Below are positions 10,157 to 23,290 of a stretch of DNA of 64,000 nt, in pieces. The notes under the pieces were generated by a model. That model made no database searches, was not told the origin of the DNA, and was given only the letters and a program-made list of their open reading frames with translations. Made by a program: the position numbers and the translations under genes. Position 1 is the first letter of the stretch; each line of letters opens with the position of its first letter. The DNA comes from Peribolospora baueri (lineage: Eukaryota). Location: assembly GCA_029717555.1 (NCBI GenBank), contig JAMDHS010000014.1, positions 124,001 to 188,000 of the forward strand. Reading direction: 5' to 3'.

Positions 10157-12067
10157 AATGGGGTCGCTGCCGTGCTCGTCCAGCGAAGGCTTGGAAAAGA
10201 GGAGATGGAGTGGTCTATCTATGCAGGCTCACGTCCAGAGCGAGAGCAGAGCCACTCGACGGGTCCGGCCTGTCGAAGTACGCGTCGGGCGGGCGGCCAA
10301 TGGTGCGCTCCAACTGCGCGTCGATGAGAGGAGGGACGAGGGTGAAGACGGAGAGGGAGAGGGGAAGGGCGGAAAAGACGAAAAGGGACTCGCTCGGGCG
10401 AATGGATTGGACCTGTCGTTTGTCCGACCGAGGCACAAGGATGAGAAGGGGTGGGAGAAGGATTGTGGAAGGCGTATGCGGGTCGCGACGAGGCTGTCGA
10501 AGCCTGTGCGAGAAAAGGGGGAGGCGGAGGGCGGGTGGAGCGGAAAGACGGATGTCGCGGCGTCGGTGGCGGTGCGGGTGGGTGTATTAGGACGGGGTGG
10601 AGGTGGTGGTGGTGGTGACAATGGCGCCGGTGGTGATGGCGATGGGGGATGAATGAATGCGGTCGGGATCGGTGACCGGCGCGGCGGAGAGAGAGGAGGA
10701 AAGAAATAAAGGAAAGCCGTGCGCTCATTTTCTTTCTTCCTTTGCCGTCCACCTCCATCGACGGCCGCGCCGTGATTTGATGACTTGGCACAGCCAGCCA
10801 GTCAAGTCCAGGTCGGCCCCCAATTCACGCCCGCCTTCGCCCTCGTCTGTCCATAGCAAATCTCGGATCCTCCTCGGATCGCACTCTCCGTTGCCCTCCT
10901 CGCCGTCGCCATCGTCCTTTTTTTTACGGGCCCGCAAGCGCTTGCCACATGCATCGTTATCCCGACCAACCCAACCTCGCTCGTCCAACGCCGATGGCGG
11001 CCGCCGCCGATCCCTTTAGCCGGAGGCGCCGCGAATTGCGCCGCTCCTTCACTTGCTTCCGGCTTGCCCTCAATGTCGTGTGACGACCGTCGAGTGGACA
11101 GACAAGACATCACGGACAGACAGACAAAGGACAGCCAAGACACAGATGACTGTCACCCTGGCAATGATTCCGCCGCGGACTGTTTCGCTACCACCATCCG
11201 CCGTCCTCTTCGAACCTCCTCAAACCCACTCTTTACACATCATCCCTTCTGCACGTGGACGTGGCGGCCCCGCCAAACATGGCGACCGGCGGCGACCGGC
11301 CGACAAGCTCATCTCGTTCCACATGTTTCGCGCTCTCATCGACGTCAGATTCCCGCCCACCCGCCGGCTCATTGAAACCCTCCAATCAGGGAAGGCAAGG
11401 CAGACACGCATCGCACCCGAGGACGACAATATGCGATCGAGCTAGCGAAGAAAGGATCCCTCCCCGTAATAACTGTACATACCGTACCCATCCGGCATGC
11501 GCAGAGTGCGTATGCCAGTTTGTCTTTTCAAACGCAACGCCTACATATATGAATTTGCATCGGTCGTAACCGCTCGACAGCACATGGTCGTCGTCGGCCG
11601 TGGGCGAATGGATAAATGGATGGAAGGGCAGGCGATCGTCGTGCGGACAATGTCGAGCTTGGTTCGCTTCGATGTGCCTATTTGAATTCGCCCCTTGCTT
11701 TGCTGGACGTGAACGCTGCGAGAACCAAAGGTGGTGGAGACATACGGGGCTCTATGACTTCATTCATTCCACGGCCTGGGACCGACGGTGCAAAGAGAAC
11801 GCGAGCCGGCGGCGCACGGTGCTCGTTGCGGTGCTGCTTCCACTGGTGCTGCTGCTGCTCTCCGTGCTCGACGCCAGCTCGCTCTTCACAGCGTCGGTGC
11901 ATCGATGGCCTTCGATGCGACTTCCTTCCGCCAACATCGCCTCTCTAGGCCGTATACAAAACGCCGGTGCCCCAAAAACGATATGAGCTCGATGCGCAGT
12001 CGCCGCAGTCGCCGCAGTCGCCGCAGCAGATTGGCCTCTGCTGCTGAGGCCGTGCATGTTCCATTTT

Positions 12068-12100
12068 GTCACGTGGCGATCACGTGGCGCGTTTCACGTG
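12068..12100. promoter_or_regulatory. Triple E-box cluster (GTCACGTG, ATCACGTG, TTCACGTG) upstream of SNX4
   Basis: Three TCACGTG sites within 33 bp, about 220 bp before the ATG at 12320; this is the bHLH (Cbf1-type) consensus. Confidence 0.55.
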
Positions 12101-12319
12101 CAGGAGGTCGCAAGCGTCGCCCGATGATCGTGGCCGGCAAGGCGTAGAAACGAGACGAGACGACGATACGAGACGAGACGATACGATACGAGACTGGACG
12201 TCTCGCCGCCTTCTGCTATTCCTTGAACGACCCGCTCAAGGTGAACGGCGCTTCCGCCGCGCGATAGGCACCTTTTCGTTCCTACTCACCCGCACACCGA
12301 CAGCCCGGCGCCAGCCACC

Positions 12320-14699
12320 ATGGAGGACGACGCAGAAGCTTTCTCCTCAATCACCTGGGACGACCATACCAGCGGACCGGCCGGTCCCGCCGTTGTCGAC
12401 GTCTCCTCCCTCTCCTCCTCCCCACCGTCTTTCGGAGGCGTATCCTCCAATATGCACCGCCGCTCCGAATCTTCCGCCTCGGCTGGAACCGCTACCGGCG
12501 CTGGTGCCGCTGTCCGACCGAGCTACGACAACGACGGTGCGCCTACCAACCCGCACGCGCCTAGGTGGGACGGCTTCTTGGTCTTCCAAGTCGGAGATCC
12601 GGTCAAAGAGCTCGAAGGGCAGAAGGAGGCCTTTATCAGTTATGGCATTCAGTCTAGGGTGCGTGTCGTCTGTCGCCCCCCGAGTCTTGCTGCCCTGCCC
12701 GCGCGAGCGGACGGTGGGGTGGGCTGCTTCCATGCGTCCCTTGTCTCGCCTGGTTTGCTTTCCTGAACCTCACCCTGACGCTAGAGTCTCTCCCTTCTCA
12801 TCTTCTTTGTCGTTATCCCCCTTGTCACTCACACCCACGATCAGACAAACCTGCCCCACTTCCTAGCCGGCCAACCGCCGGGCACGGTGCGGACGGTGTC
12901 TGTGCGACGACGCTTCCAGGACTTTGTCTTCCTTCACGACACCCTCTCCAGGGATTTCCCAGCTTGCGTCGTACCACCTTTGCCTGGAAAGCATAGGATG
13001 GGTGAGTGGCCTTGATGGACGCGTCCTCACCGCACTACACCTCACCATCCGTCCTTCCATTGTTCTTCGTCTAAACCAGAGTACATCACCGGAGACCGCT
13101 TCAGTCCCGAATTCCTGGAGCGGCGAACAGCCGAGTGAGTCTGACCTGACTGACCGGCACTCGATAGAGCCCGCATCCCTGACATGCTCTTTGGCCAACC
13201 ACATCCGAAACACAGCCTCCAACGCTTCCTCGACCGGCTCGCCCGACATCCGACCCTGCAGAGGACGCCGCTGCTTAGGGCGTTCCTCGAATCGTCAGAA
13301 TGGGTAAGGCGCTTTCAGTCGCTCAGCTTGCCCTTTTTCGACTGATAGAATTGACGGGGTTGCGTGCCGTTCTTGCAGAACGTCGAAATGCACACGCACG
13401 CTTCGGCCGCCTCCTCAGCGGCGTCAGCAACCGACGGCGGAGCGGGCGTAAACGGCAGCGGTGGCGGTGGCGGTCTTCTGGACAACTTGTCGGACACTTT
13501 GCTCAACGCCTTTTCCAAACTTCGCAAGCCGGATGAACGCTTTATGGAGATGAGGGAGGGGTTGGACAAATTTGAGGACGCCCTTGGCGGGGTTGACAGA
13601 GTGGCTGCAAGGGCGAGGGCCAGACAGGCAGGTAAGTGGAGGATAGGACCTTCAGAGGACCAGGCGACTGATGGCTCTCTTGGTCCTTGGCCCCGTTGTT
13701 CGGTTGCTCAAACAGACCTTGCCCTCGATTACGAGGACCTGGGCACCGCTGTAGAAGGTCTCGCCTACCTCGAGAGCGGCATCACCGAACCGTTGAATCG
13801 CTTTGCTGCCACGCTGCTAGAGCAGTCTAGGTTGACGAGGCTCTCGGTGAGCATCCATCTGCACTGGAGGACGCGTCGACGCGGACGCGATTTTATCCTC
13901 CATCTCATTCCCTCCTTTTTCCGCCCCTCGACCGCCAGGCGTCCCACACCCACGACTCATTCGTCCAACACCTCCACTCCCTTCTCTCCTACGCCTCGGC
14001 CCACCGGACGACGATCAAGCTGCGCGACCAGAAGCAGCTCGACTTTGAAGAGCTCACCGACTATCTCTCCAACGTCGTCTCCGAGCGCGACCGGCTCGGA
14101 TCGCTCGGCAGAGGTGGCGGTCATGGCGCCGTCAGTGGTGGCGGGCTCACGGGGTACTTGAAGGACCGGGTGGACGCTTTGAGGGGCGTGGACGAGGAAA
14201 GGGCGAGGGTGCAGAGGATGGGACGGTTGGATGGGAGGATCAAGGAGGTGAGCCGGCCAAGTCCACAGTTCGTCTTACCGCCCTCCTTCCTTCCATGTCC
14301 CTTCCCTTACCTCATCACACCCACGCATCGCATCGCATCACATCACAGCTCCAGGAAGCCGTGTCCTCCTCACACGACACTTCACTAGCCTTCTCCGACG
14401 AGGTGATGCGCGAACACGCCATTTTCGACGTTGCCAAACGCGCCGAGATGAAGGACATGCTGGCAAGATTTGCCGACGGGCATATCGAGATGTATCGCAG
14501 GGTGAGTTAACTCAGCCGCCGAGCCGAGTTGCCCAATCGATCATCGATCGGTGCAAGGCGACTCCGAGTGCCAATCGATCTTCGGTGCAAGGCGACTAGA
14601 CTGACGGCCGCCGCCCGTCCTGGTTTGATGATTCTTCAGTCAATGGAGGCGTGGGAACGGCTCATCCCCCTGACCGAGCGCGGCATCTCCACCGACTGA
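12320..14699 (+). CDS. SNX4: Sorting nexin-4 / Atg24 (PX-BAR), multi-exon
   Basis: PX motifs VGDPVKELEGQKEAFISY, VRRRFQDFVFLH, PACVVPPLPGKHR, YITGDRFSPEFLERR; BAR region LDNLSDTLLNAFSKLRKPDERF, KLRDQKQLDFEEL. Confidence 0.92.
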
Positions 14700-15385
14700 A
14701 CCTGAGGTCGCTTCCGTCTCCGTCCGGCCGGCCGGCGGCCGGCGGATCACAGCCCGCTTTCGTCCCTCCGCCTTCCCTCCCTCTGCGCACACTCTTGTCT
14801 CCCTCCCTCCCTTCTCAGACCAATACCCATCCATGCTCTCTCTCCGCCTTCCTTTCCATCGCCACCATCGTGTATAAAGGCCACTATCGACATCCTTGGC
14901 CCGACTGTGTAGGGTATACAGGCGCAGCGCATGCGCCACCTCTCCCATGTCTCATGCGGCAAAAATGTCACTTGCATTCAACTGCGTTCGTCTGCACCCC
15001 CTCCCCTGGTAAGGAGAGAGCACTTTTACACAAAAAAGAAAAGTTGGTCGTATCGATTGATGGCCGCTTCCCGGCCGTCTTACCTGCCGGCCGGCCGAGC
15101 CATAGATAGATAAACAGGTAGGTAGGTAGACAGCTGGGACGGAAAGATGAGGGAGGTAAGAGGATGGCCTGGCCAGCTCATGAACACAGCTTAAAAAAGG
15201 AGCATCCCCGTTCTCTCCATCGTGCGTCCTCCGGCCGCGTGATGTTGTATTCCAGCGTTGGACAGACGCCCTTACATATTACGTATGCGCACAAGTGCCC
15301 GTGTTGGATTCGTTCGATCACGGCTTGCGTGCCACGGTGCAGACGGACGGGTCCTACAGGGCAGAGGAGCGAGCAGAAGAGAGGG

Positions 15386-18334
15386 TCAAGAGGGCTTGAC
15401 GACGAGGACGTCGTCTCCGGACTGCAGATCGTACCACCCCACTTCCCTCGATGGATCGTCCATCTCCAGCACGATCATTTCCGACCGTCGTCCCTCTTCC
15501 TCTTCCTCCTCCTCCTCCCCATCTGAACCTCTCTCATCGTCCTCCTGCCGGTCTCCTGCGCTCAGCACAGCCCAAACGGTACCCAACTCCTTCTGTGGTA
15601 CTTTGAGCGCCTTGGACAGCTTGAGTCGCAAGAGGCGGACGGGCATGGTGGGCAGGACGCGCATTTGGACGCGGGGTGACGTAATGGCGGGTGGGATGTA
15701 GGGCGGACGCGGGAGAGGGGGGGAGCTTGTAAAGTGTATCGTAAGGTCTATGCGAGACAGTGTACGGAAGTGGACGAGCACGCGGGGGGAAGGGGGGAGG
15801 ATGGTTAGACGAGACGAAACGGGCACCGTGGACGAACGCAGATGGTGTTCAGAAGAAGGCGACCCACCTATCAATCGATCTTTCAACACCGCCTTCCTCC
15901 CCGAGCCTCTGCCCTTCCCGCCCACCGACTGCACATCGGTCGAAACGCCGTAAAGTTCGCAAAGCTCCCTCCACCGCGGATGTCTTCTCCGCATCTCCGT
16001 TTCCGCCGCTTCACGGCTCATCGTTGCCGAGCCTTCCGAGGTGGAAGAAGAGAGGAAGGAAGACAACTCGGCGGCGATGCGCGAGAGGTAGAAGAGCTCG
16101 GCGTCTTTGCGCTCGTAAGGGTTGATCTGTCGATTTCAAAGCCGAAGCGTCCCACGCGAGAGACGTATAAGGGAGAACAAGGGCATGACCAAAAACGTTG
16201 CGTAAGAATGAGAGCGTCCCTGCATGAAACGGGACTGCTTCCACACACCTGGCTACCGTTCAGCGTCTTCAATGAGCCTGTGCGTGCGATGAGAAGCGGC
16301 TTGAGGTCCTTGTACGGCATCGCTGTGAGCGAGGGATTGAAGAAGGGGAGAGATGGTCAGTCAAAGGCCCAGGCGAGAAGTATTGGCAGATGAGAGGAAT
16401 GGCCCCTAGAAGGTTGATGGGAATTGTATGCTCACCGTCCACGAGACATCTCTTCTCCTTCTGTGTCTTTTCTTCGACGCCACTCCCGTCCTCCTCCTCC
16501 GGTCGATTGGAAACGCTTTCGCCGAGAGAAAGAGACTCCAGTCCAGTGCCACTGCGCGTCCACAGCCTTAAATGGTCAATATCGCTCCATGAGGAAATGG
16601 GATTGCCCGTCAGGCCGAGATGCGTCAGGGCGGGAAATATTGACGAGGGTTGCGGAGGAGAAGGCGGGAGAGGATGGGAAGCGACGGCTGGGGAGGATGA
16701 AGAGGAGGGAGGAGCCGGGATGCGATTGATCTTGTTGGAGGTGAGGATGAGGCGTTCGAGGCTGGACGAGGCGGAAAGAATAGAATAAGTGGATAAATTA
16801 AACGGACGCAAGGCCATCGGTGCTCCCCACGAGGACACTCGTCGGACGACGAAAAAGGGAAAACGCACCTGGGCAAACCACCAAGACCATCTGCGACCTC
16901 CTGCCAATCCTCGATGTGGTTGCCCTCGAGATTCAGGACTCTCAACTTGGGGAAAAGTTCTACGTCCACGTCTCCATTGATCTGCCCTCCCTCGTCCTCG
17001 CCACCTCGGACTCGCGGCACTTTCTTTTCCGTCTCCTGGCGCAAGTCTTCCATTCGTCTCTGGTCCAGGGAAAGCGCCGGAAATCGACGTAGCACGCGAA
17101 TCCCGTTACAACCGAGTTGAAGGACTTGGAGGCGGGGCATGAAAGGGGAGAGCCGACACACTTCATCCCAGGAGAGGAGGCAAGAGTCGAGTCGGACGTC
17201 GAGCAAGTTGAGGAAAGCGGTGTGAAGCGGGGAAGGAGACGTGAGCAACGTTTGTGTGGGTGCTTCTGACGGGAAAGATGGTGATGGAGGCAATGATAAC
17301 GACGAGGATGACAAGGGACGAAAGCGATTGAAGCTGTACCAAGGAAGGGCGGGGAAGAATGAATTAGGAGGGAACCGTCGATGGTTCAAAGGGAGTGGCT
17401 CGAAGACTGTCTCCAGAGTCAAGTGCTAAAGAGCAGACAGCGACCAAAGGTAAAAAGTCGTCTCGCGACTCACTGCAAAACGAGCGTCTCTAGCCGCGGC
17501 AGTTCTCGAGCGATGAGAGCGACCTCGTCCCAGGACGGCAAAAGAGAGCGAGAGAGGTCCAAATACGTGACGTCTGAGCAAATAGAAGAAACGCAAGGAA
17601 TGGCGAGGAGAAGCTTAGTTCGCCTCCAGAAGCGCCTCTACAAGCAGTAGACGGGCTGAAAAGAAGCCTCGGACGCGTCTGCCAACTCACTCGGACAGGT
17701 CGCCTTTATATCCCCCTTCTCCTGCCCTTCTGCAAACGCGGTAGCTACTTCGTTGCCTACGTCACCCGGAGCTTTCCACCCTCCCAAGCCCACCTCCCTT
17801 AGAAGCTCCAGCCTCTTCACCCTGCTCACCACGCCGTCCAGACGGGGCATTTCGATCTCGATGTCCGCGAGATTCGTCCGGCCGTACCCGCCTGGGGGAG
17901 GCGTGAGAAGCGAGTCCGGGCCGACTGCGGAAGAGGAAGAGGAAGGGGCGTACTTGGAGGTGAGTGCGGCAAGGAAGGAAGCGCCATAGGATATGTGCGA
18001 GGCCATGGGACGGATAAAGGAGCCCGAGTTGGGGAACCTGAGCGGGCGGCGAGCGTGAGTCAAGACCAAGCAGCACGTCAACGAAACATGCAAAACATGA
18101 ACAGGGAAAAGTCGGGAGCAGAGATGAACCGGTTGCTCACCTGCACTCGAAATATCGCTTGCCATCATGTACGCCGTCGTGCTTGCCCCTCGCGGGATCG
18201 TCCCAATCGACACCGAGCCAGACGCCGCGGGTGGGCGGCACCTGCCCCACGTAGCGCACCGTGGCGCGGTGGGAGGAGAAGGAGAGCCGGTCTCCGACCC
18301 TGGGGAGGTGCGGCGAAGTGGTGGGGGCGGACAT
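15386..18334 (-). CDS. TBCE: Tubulin-folding cofactor E (CAP-Gly + LRR + ubiquitin-like), multi-exon
   Basis: CAP-Gly ATVRYVGQVPPTRGVWLGVDWDDPARGKHDGVHDGKRYFEC; LRRs LQVLQLGCNGI, LRVLNLEGNHI, LERLILTSNKI; C-terminal Ubl-like VLPTMPVRLLRLKLSKAL...LQSGDDVLV. Confidence 0.9.
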
Positions 18335-18637
18335 GTTCGAGGGTCCTTCTCCCACTCGCGCTCTATCTATTATCTGTCCATCTACTTATCCATCCATCCG
18401 TAGTACGACACACTGGCCTACGGCACGACCACGACCAACTGCTCATCACGTGATACTCTATCGCATAATCCCGTGTACCGGTCCTGATATCACATCACGT
18501 GACGCGACATCCCGTACGAACCTCCGTGCGTTGCTCTTCTCCTTGTCCGTTCCTCCCTTCGATCAGATCAGGTCGGCCGTCGGAGGCAAGACAGCAGATC
18601 CGGCGAGGGGCGGGAAGCAAAAAAGGAAACAGCAAGC

Positions 18638-20942
18638 ATGTCACGTTCGCCGTCGGATAGAGAAGCAGAAGCAGAAGCAGAGGCAAAGGCCGGCGTCGAT
18701 TACACCGACTCGTCTGCCTCCGCCTCTCCTCGCCCGTCATCGCCCTCGTCCTCGCGTTCGCCCTCACCTTCGCTGCGCCGCCTTCGACGCTCGCCCTCGT
18801 CACCGTCCGCGCCGATGACGACGCAATCGCACGCCCGTCCACCTCACCTCTCAGTCACCCATCCCTCCTCTTCCCACTTCACTCCCTCGACATCGTCCCC
18901 GCCTCCCTCCTCCCCCATTGGCACTTCGCAAATGTCCTCCCCTTCCCACCTGTCGCCCGACCATCCGCCCGCCGCCCCCGGGGGGCACTTCAAAGTCAAG
19001 CTTCGCCTCCAGCCAGATCATGGAAGCTCTCGCTCGTCTGCTCCTGCGAGCGTGTCCTACGCTTCGTCAGACGTCGACATGGCTTCCCTGGACGGGGATG
19101 GCGGCGAGGACAAGGTCGACGAGGACGAAGAGGAGGAGGAGGACTACGACGAGGATGACGACCGAGAAGGTGAAGTTGAAGGGCAAGGCGACGAAGACGA
19201 AGAGGAAGAGGAAGGACAAGATGAGGGGCGGCAGCGGGGACGGGGCGATGAGGAGGAAGATTCGGACGTGCACCACGGCGTCGACGACGAGGAAGAGGAC
19301 GAGTTGATGGACCTCGATGGCTCCGCGCTTCGCCCGACTTCCATGTCTTCGCCTTCCGCGTCTCATCGCTTCGACGACGCGGACGCCGGTTCGCACGAGG
19401 AAAGCCCCGCTTCCAAAGCTGGGACCGCCGCTTCCGTCCCAGGCTCTTCCAGCACGAGAGGGCGGAAGCGAGGCTCATCCACGACGGCTGCGGGGAGCGG
19501 GAAGGGCCGAGGAGCTGGAGCGGCGACGCGTGGTGGCGCAGGCGCGGCTGGCAAAGGGGGAGGCGGGCCGTCGAGCGGGCAGAGTACGAGCGGGAAGACG
19601 ATCCGGCTCGTGTATGGCTCGGGAGCGGGGGCGGGCGGAGCAGGTGCACCGGACGATGCCAGCACCGGTCGCGGCGGGGATAGCGGCGAGGCCACGTCAA
19701 CGACTGGCGACGGACAGCAGCCGCCGGCGAAAAAGAGAAAGTATAAGAAGGGCGTGCCGGGGCCTGGGAGGGGATGGAGGAAGGGACTGACCAAGTGAGC
19801 AGCGTATTAGTGCATTCGAATGGCTATGGCGATGGCCACGGCTGTCGTCCTGGCACGCCCGTGTCGGCCTGTCGCGACCAGGATCCTTTTGTCCTAAGCT
19901 GACTGTTTTCTCTGCCCCCCGTCTTATGTGTGTGCGTCTCTTTTTCTCTGCTTCGCAGGGGAATGAAACCTGTCTGGCCGTCCGTCCATAGTGGCACGGT
20001 GGAGAACAGCAGTGCGTGTTCGGGCGAGATGAACGATCTCCTCCCGCCTTGCCCGCGCTTTCAAGCGCCCGCGTGCTGACGTTCCATTGGTATCGTTTTC
20101 TGTTTTTCTCTTCCTCCTTCCTCCCTACAGGCACGCCCTCCTCGTTCGCCAATACTCCACCGCGCTTCGCTCCTGGCGGCAGTATCTCCTCTGCCGCAGG
20201 CTCGGGCCTCCCCTCGGGCCTGTCGGCGGAGCGAAAAGGAAGCGGCGGGGGGCCGTTGACACCGCCCGCGTGGGCGGCGGAAGGGGGTCGGAGCTCGCTG
20301 CTGGACTCGGCACACTCCAAGGCGTCCCCAGGTCCTAGCAGCCACGGGACGCCCACCCATCGCCAATCCCACCACAAGGAACCCAAGCGGCCGGTGTACC
20401 GCCACCCGCCCGTGCGAACCGCGCCGCTGCCCACCTTCCCGCTCCTCAAAGTCCCCACCGGCTTTCCGACGGTGCCGGCGTTGGACATTCAAGGCGTCAA
20501 GGACAAGCCGGTGCGCAAGTGGACGAAGGAACGGAGGGAGATTCTAAACCTCGGTGGGAGGGTGTGGGGTCTGCCGACGTGGTTCGGAGGACCAGATGTG
20601 GAGGGGGGTTGGAACAGTGTGCAGAAGAGGGAGGAGGAGGAGAGGGAGCGGGAGAGGGAGAGGGAGGAGAAAGCGGAAAGGAAGGCGGCGAGGGCAGCCG
20701 GTCGGGCGGCCAACCTGGCCGCTGCGGGTGCTGGTGGGGGCGGCAGCGGGAACAAGGAAACGAACGACGGTGGCGGAGAGGACGAAGGCGGCGGCGGCGG
20801 GGACAATGCGGTCGCCGATGGCGTCGAAGCGGGCGACGGTGGTGGAGGAGAAGAGCGGGCAGAGGAGAAGGGAGGCGTTGACGGGGATGGGGGTACGGCG
20901 ACGGCCAGTGCGACGGGCACGCCAGCTGGTGACGGCGATTGA
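18638..20942 (+). CDS. Low-complexity nuclear protein with an Ies4-like (INO80 subunit) C-terminal motif; about 3 exons
   Basis: Acidic and Ser-rich IDR, basic KKRKYKKGVPGPGRGWRKG, and ALDIQGVKDKPVRKWTKERREILNLGGRVWGLPTW resembling the Ies4 ALDxxGKPxRKW...GxxWxxPxW motif (recalled, not searched). Confidence 0.55.
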
Positions 20943-21707
20943 AGACGGCACGGCTCCCGGCTCCGGAGGACAGAGCGGGAAGCGCGGGCGATTTTCTCGA
21001 GGCGCGCCTCTGTGCCGGGTCATGCTTGGGCAATGTACGAGGCAGTAGAGAAGCAGCGGACTTGGTGGACGCGGAGGAGGAGCGCTCGTCGATCTACTTT
21101 CGCAACGACGTCAGAGCGTTCATCGCCCTGCCGTAGCACGCACGCATACTGTATCGAACCGTTGAGGGGGGGGGGGGAGAACGGAACTCTTGGGGGCCTG
21201 TCCTGTGAGCGCGGCGGCTCTTGTATGGAGGGACGGTGACCTAGGCCAAGGAACGACGTGTACAGACAATGTGCTGGATGAAGAGTAGCTGGCGGCAGCT
21301 ACTAAACGCGCAGGTGGGATTACCATCACGATGCAAAATACAGGTCAAGGTGATCACTAGCAGGTCGACAACCCAGATATGGAGCGGCTCAGCCAGCGGC
21401 CATGCCAGGCCAGGGGTCGATACGGCTTGCAGCTGCCCTTAGGCGACGAGGGCCGCGGGATCTCGCTCGGCAGTTCGTCGTTGACTTGACCGACGTCTCC
21501 CTAAGAGACGGCTCGGAAGACGACGGCGCGCAGAGGCCTTGCTGCGGTACAGCGATCTCGCCGGGCTGCTGCGGCTCACCGCCGGGGATGCGGGCGTGGG
21601 GCGAGTAAGAAGGGAGACAACGACTAGAAGAAGAAGAAGAAGAAGAAGAAAGGACGAGAAGAGTCCGGCCGACGCCCTTCATCCTTCTCGTTCCTCCGCT
21701 CACCACC

Positions 21708-22532
21708 ATGTCCTCCTCCACCGCCGCCGGCACGCCGTCACCTGCCCGCGCCTCCCCTGGGCCCGTGGAGGTCCGCCCGGCGACGCCGGATGACGTGCCC
21801 ACCATCCTCCGCTTCATCAAGGACTTGGCCGAGTACGAGAAGGAGCCTGACGCCGTCAAGGCTACGGAGGAGACGGTAAGCATGGCGGGGCGTGGCGTGG
21901 CGTGGCGCGACTGGTAATGTGGTTGTGGGGTGGGGTGGAAGGGAGGGGCGTTCGAGACGGAGACTGAGGCGGAGGGTAGGTCGATGCTGAGCTCACCCCG
22001 CTGCCCATGCTCATTTCCTTTGCACCGACAGCTGCATCAAAGCATTTTCGTCGACAAGTACGCCCATGTTGTCATCGCCTTCTCCTCCCCGTCCCCCCCC
22101 ACCCCCTCGCAAGCGACAACGCCGGTGGGCATGGCGCTCTACTTCTTCACCTTCTCCACCTGGACGGGCCAGCCGACGCTCTTCCTCGAGGACCTCTACG
22201 TGGACCCAGCTTATCGGAACGGCGGCATCGGCAAGAGACTCTTTGCCGAGCTCGGCAAGATCGCCAAGGAGAAAGGCGCGCAACGGGTGGACTGGAACGT
22301 GCTCAAGTGGAACGAGGTGAGCCGAAAGCGGTGGCACCCAGTGCGCGTGGGGGCGCGTAAACGAAGGAACGGTGCTTGCTCATTTCCGTCCCCTCCTTCG
22401 TTCCTTCGCATCTCTACCCAGCCCTCCATCGCATTCTACACCAAAGCGCTCAAAGCAGTCCCTCTTACCGAATGGCAAGGCATGCGTCTCGAAGGCGACG
22501 ACGCCATCTCCCGACTTTGCGCCCTCGCCTAG
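21708..22532 (+). CDS. GNAT N-acetyltransferase (SAT/Ats1-like); 3 exons
   Basis: VRPATPDDVPTILRFIKDLAEYEK; GMALYFFTFSTWTGQPTLFLEDLYVDPAYRNGGIGKRL; VDWNVLKWNEPSIAFY. Confidence 0.9.
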
Positions 22533-23290
22533 GAAACTAAAGCAGACTCTCCTTCTCCTTCGCCCCGTCACGCTGTATGGGACGGAAGCTTGTCTGGTCA
22601 TTGTCATTAGACCTCAAACGGATGGAAGAGTATGGATACCCGAGCAACGGGGCTCGAGATGGGGAATGGTCATTGCACACGGGTTTGGATTTGGGTTTCG
22701 GTTTGGATTTGGATGGCGAATGGACGCCGTGTCGAACAAAGGGAGTCGCCTTTGTCGAACGGAATACGACGCCAGTTGCATCCCTATTTCCATCAGCGTC
22801 GGACAGCCGTATAACCTCGTTCGGGGCTTATTCCTTTCGCTCGTCCTTCTCAGCCAACGTCGCTAGACGGTCCTTTTTCCTCTTCCCCCCGTACCGTGCC
22901 GTGGGGGATGGAGTACAATGACCGCCGGCCGGCAGCGAACGAGGCTTCGCGCAGCGCCTTCCCATAGGCGACCCCGTCCACCGTCCGTCCGGTAGAAACA
23001 CGACAAGCCAAGAGAAGAAAACCTTTGCTATTCCTTGACGGTCCGGTCTTGTCCCTCGCATAACAAAACAAAACAAGCGTAGGACGAGGACCGCCGAGCC
23101 GCACCGCGCATCATCGTCCGTTGGTATCATTTCGTCGAAAAGAGGGAAAGAAAATACAGCAGGTCCCGCCACCACGCCCCCCCGGTCGTCCCAGACAAAA
23201 CTTCTACCAAGGCTGCAGTCGACGACGACGGCGACGAGCGAGTGAGCGAGCGAGCGGGGTACACGGGCAGGCGAGAAGGCTAGCTTGGGA

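Noticed and set aside
11600..11986. 128-aa ORF with a hydrophobic stretch (VLVAVLLPLVLLLLSVL)
   Set aside because: The hydrophobicity comes largely from a CTG-rich tract, the start is non-ATG, and there is no supporting gene structure.
12149..12195. ACGAG/ACGAT pentamer array and nearby (CGCAGTCGC)x3
   Set aside because: Ordinary microsatellites with no spacer structure; not CRISPR-like.
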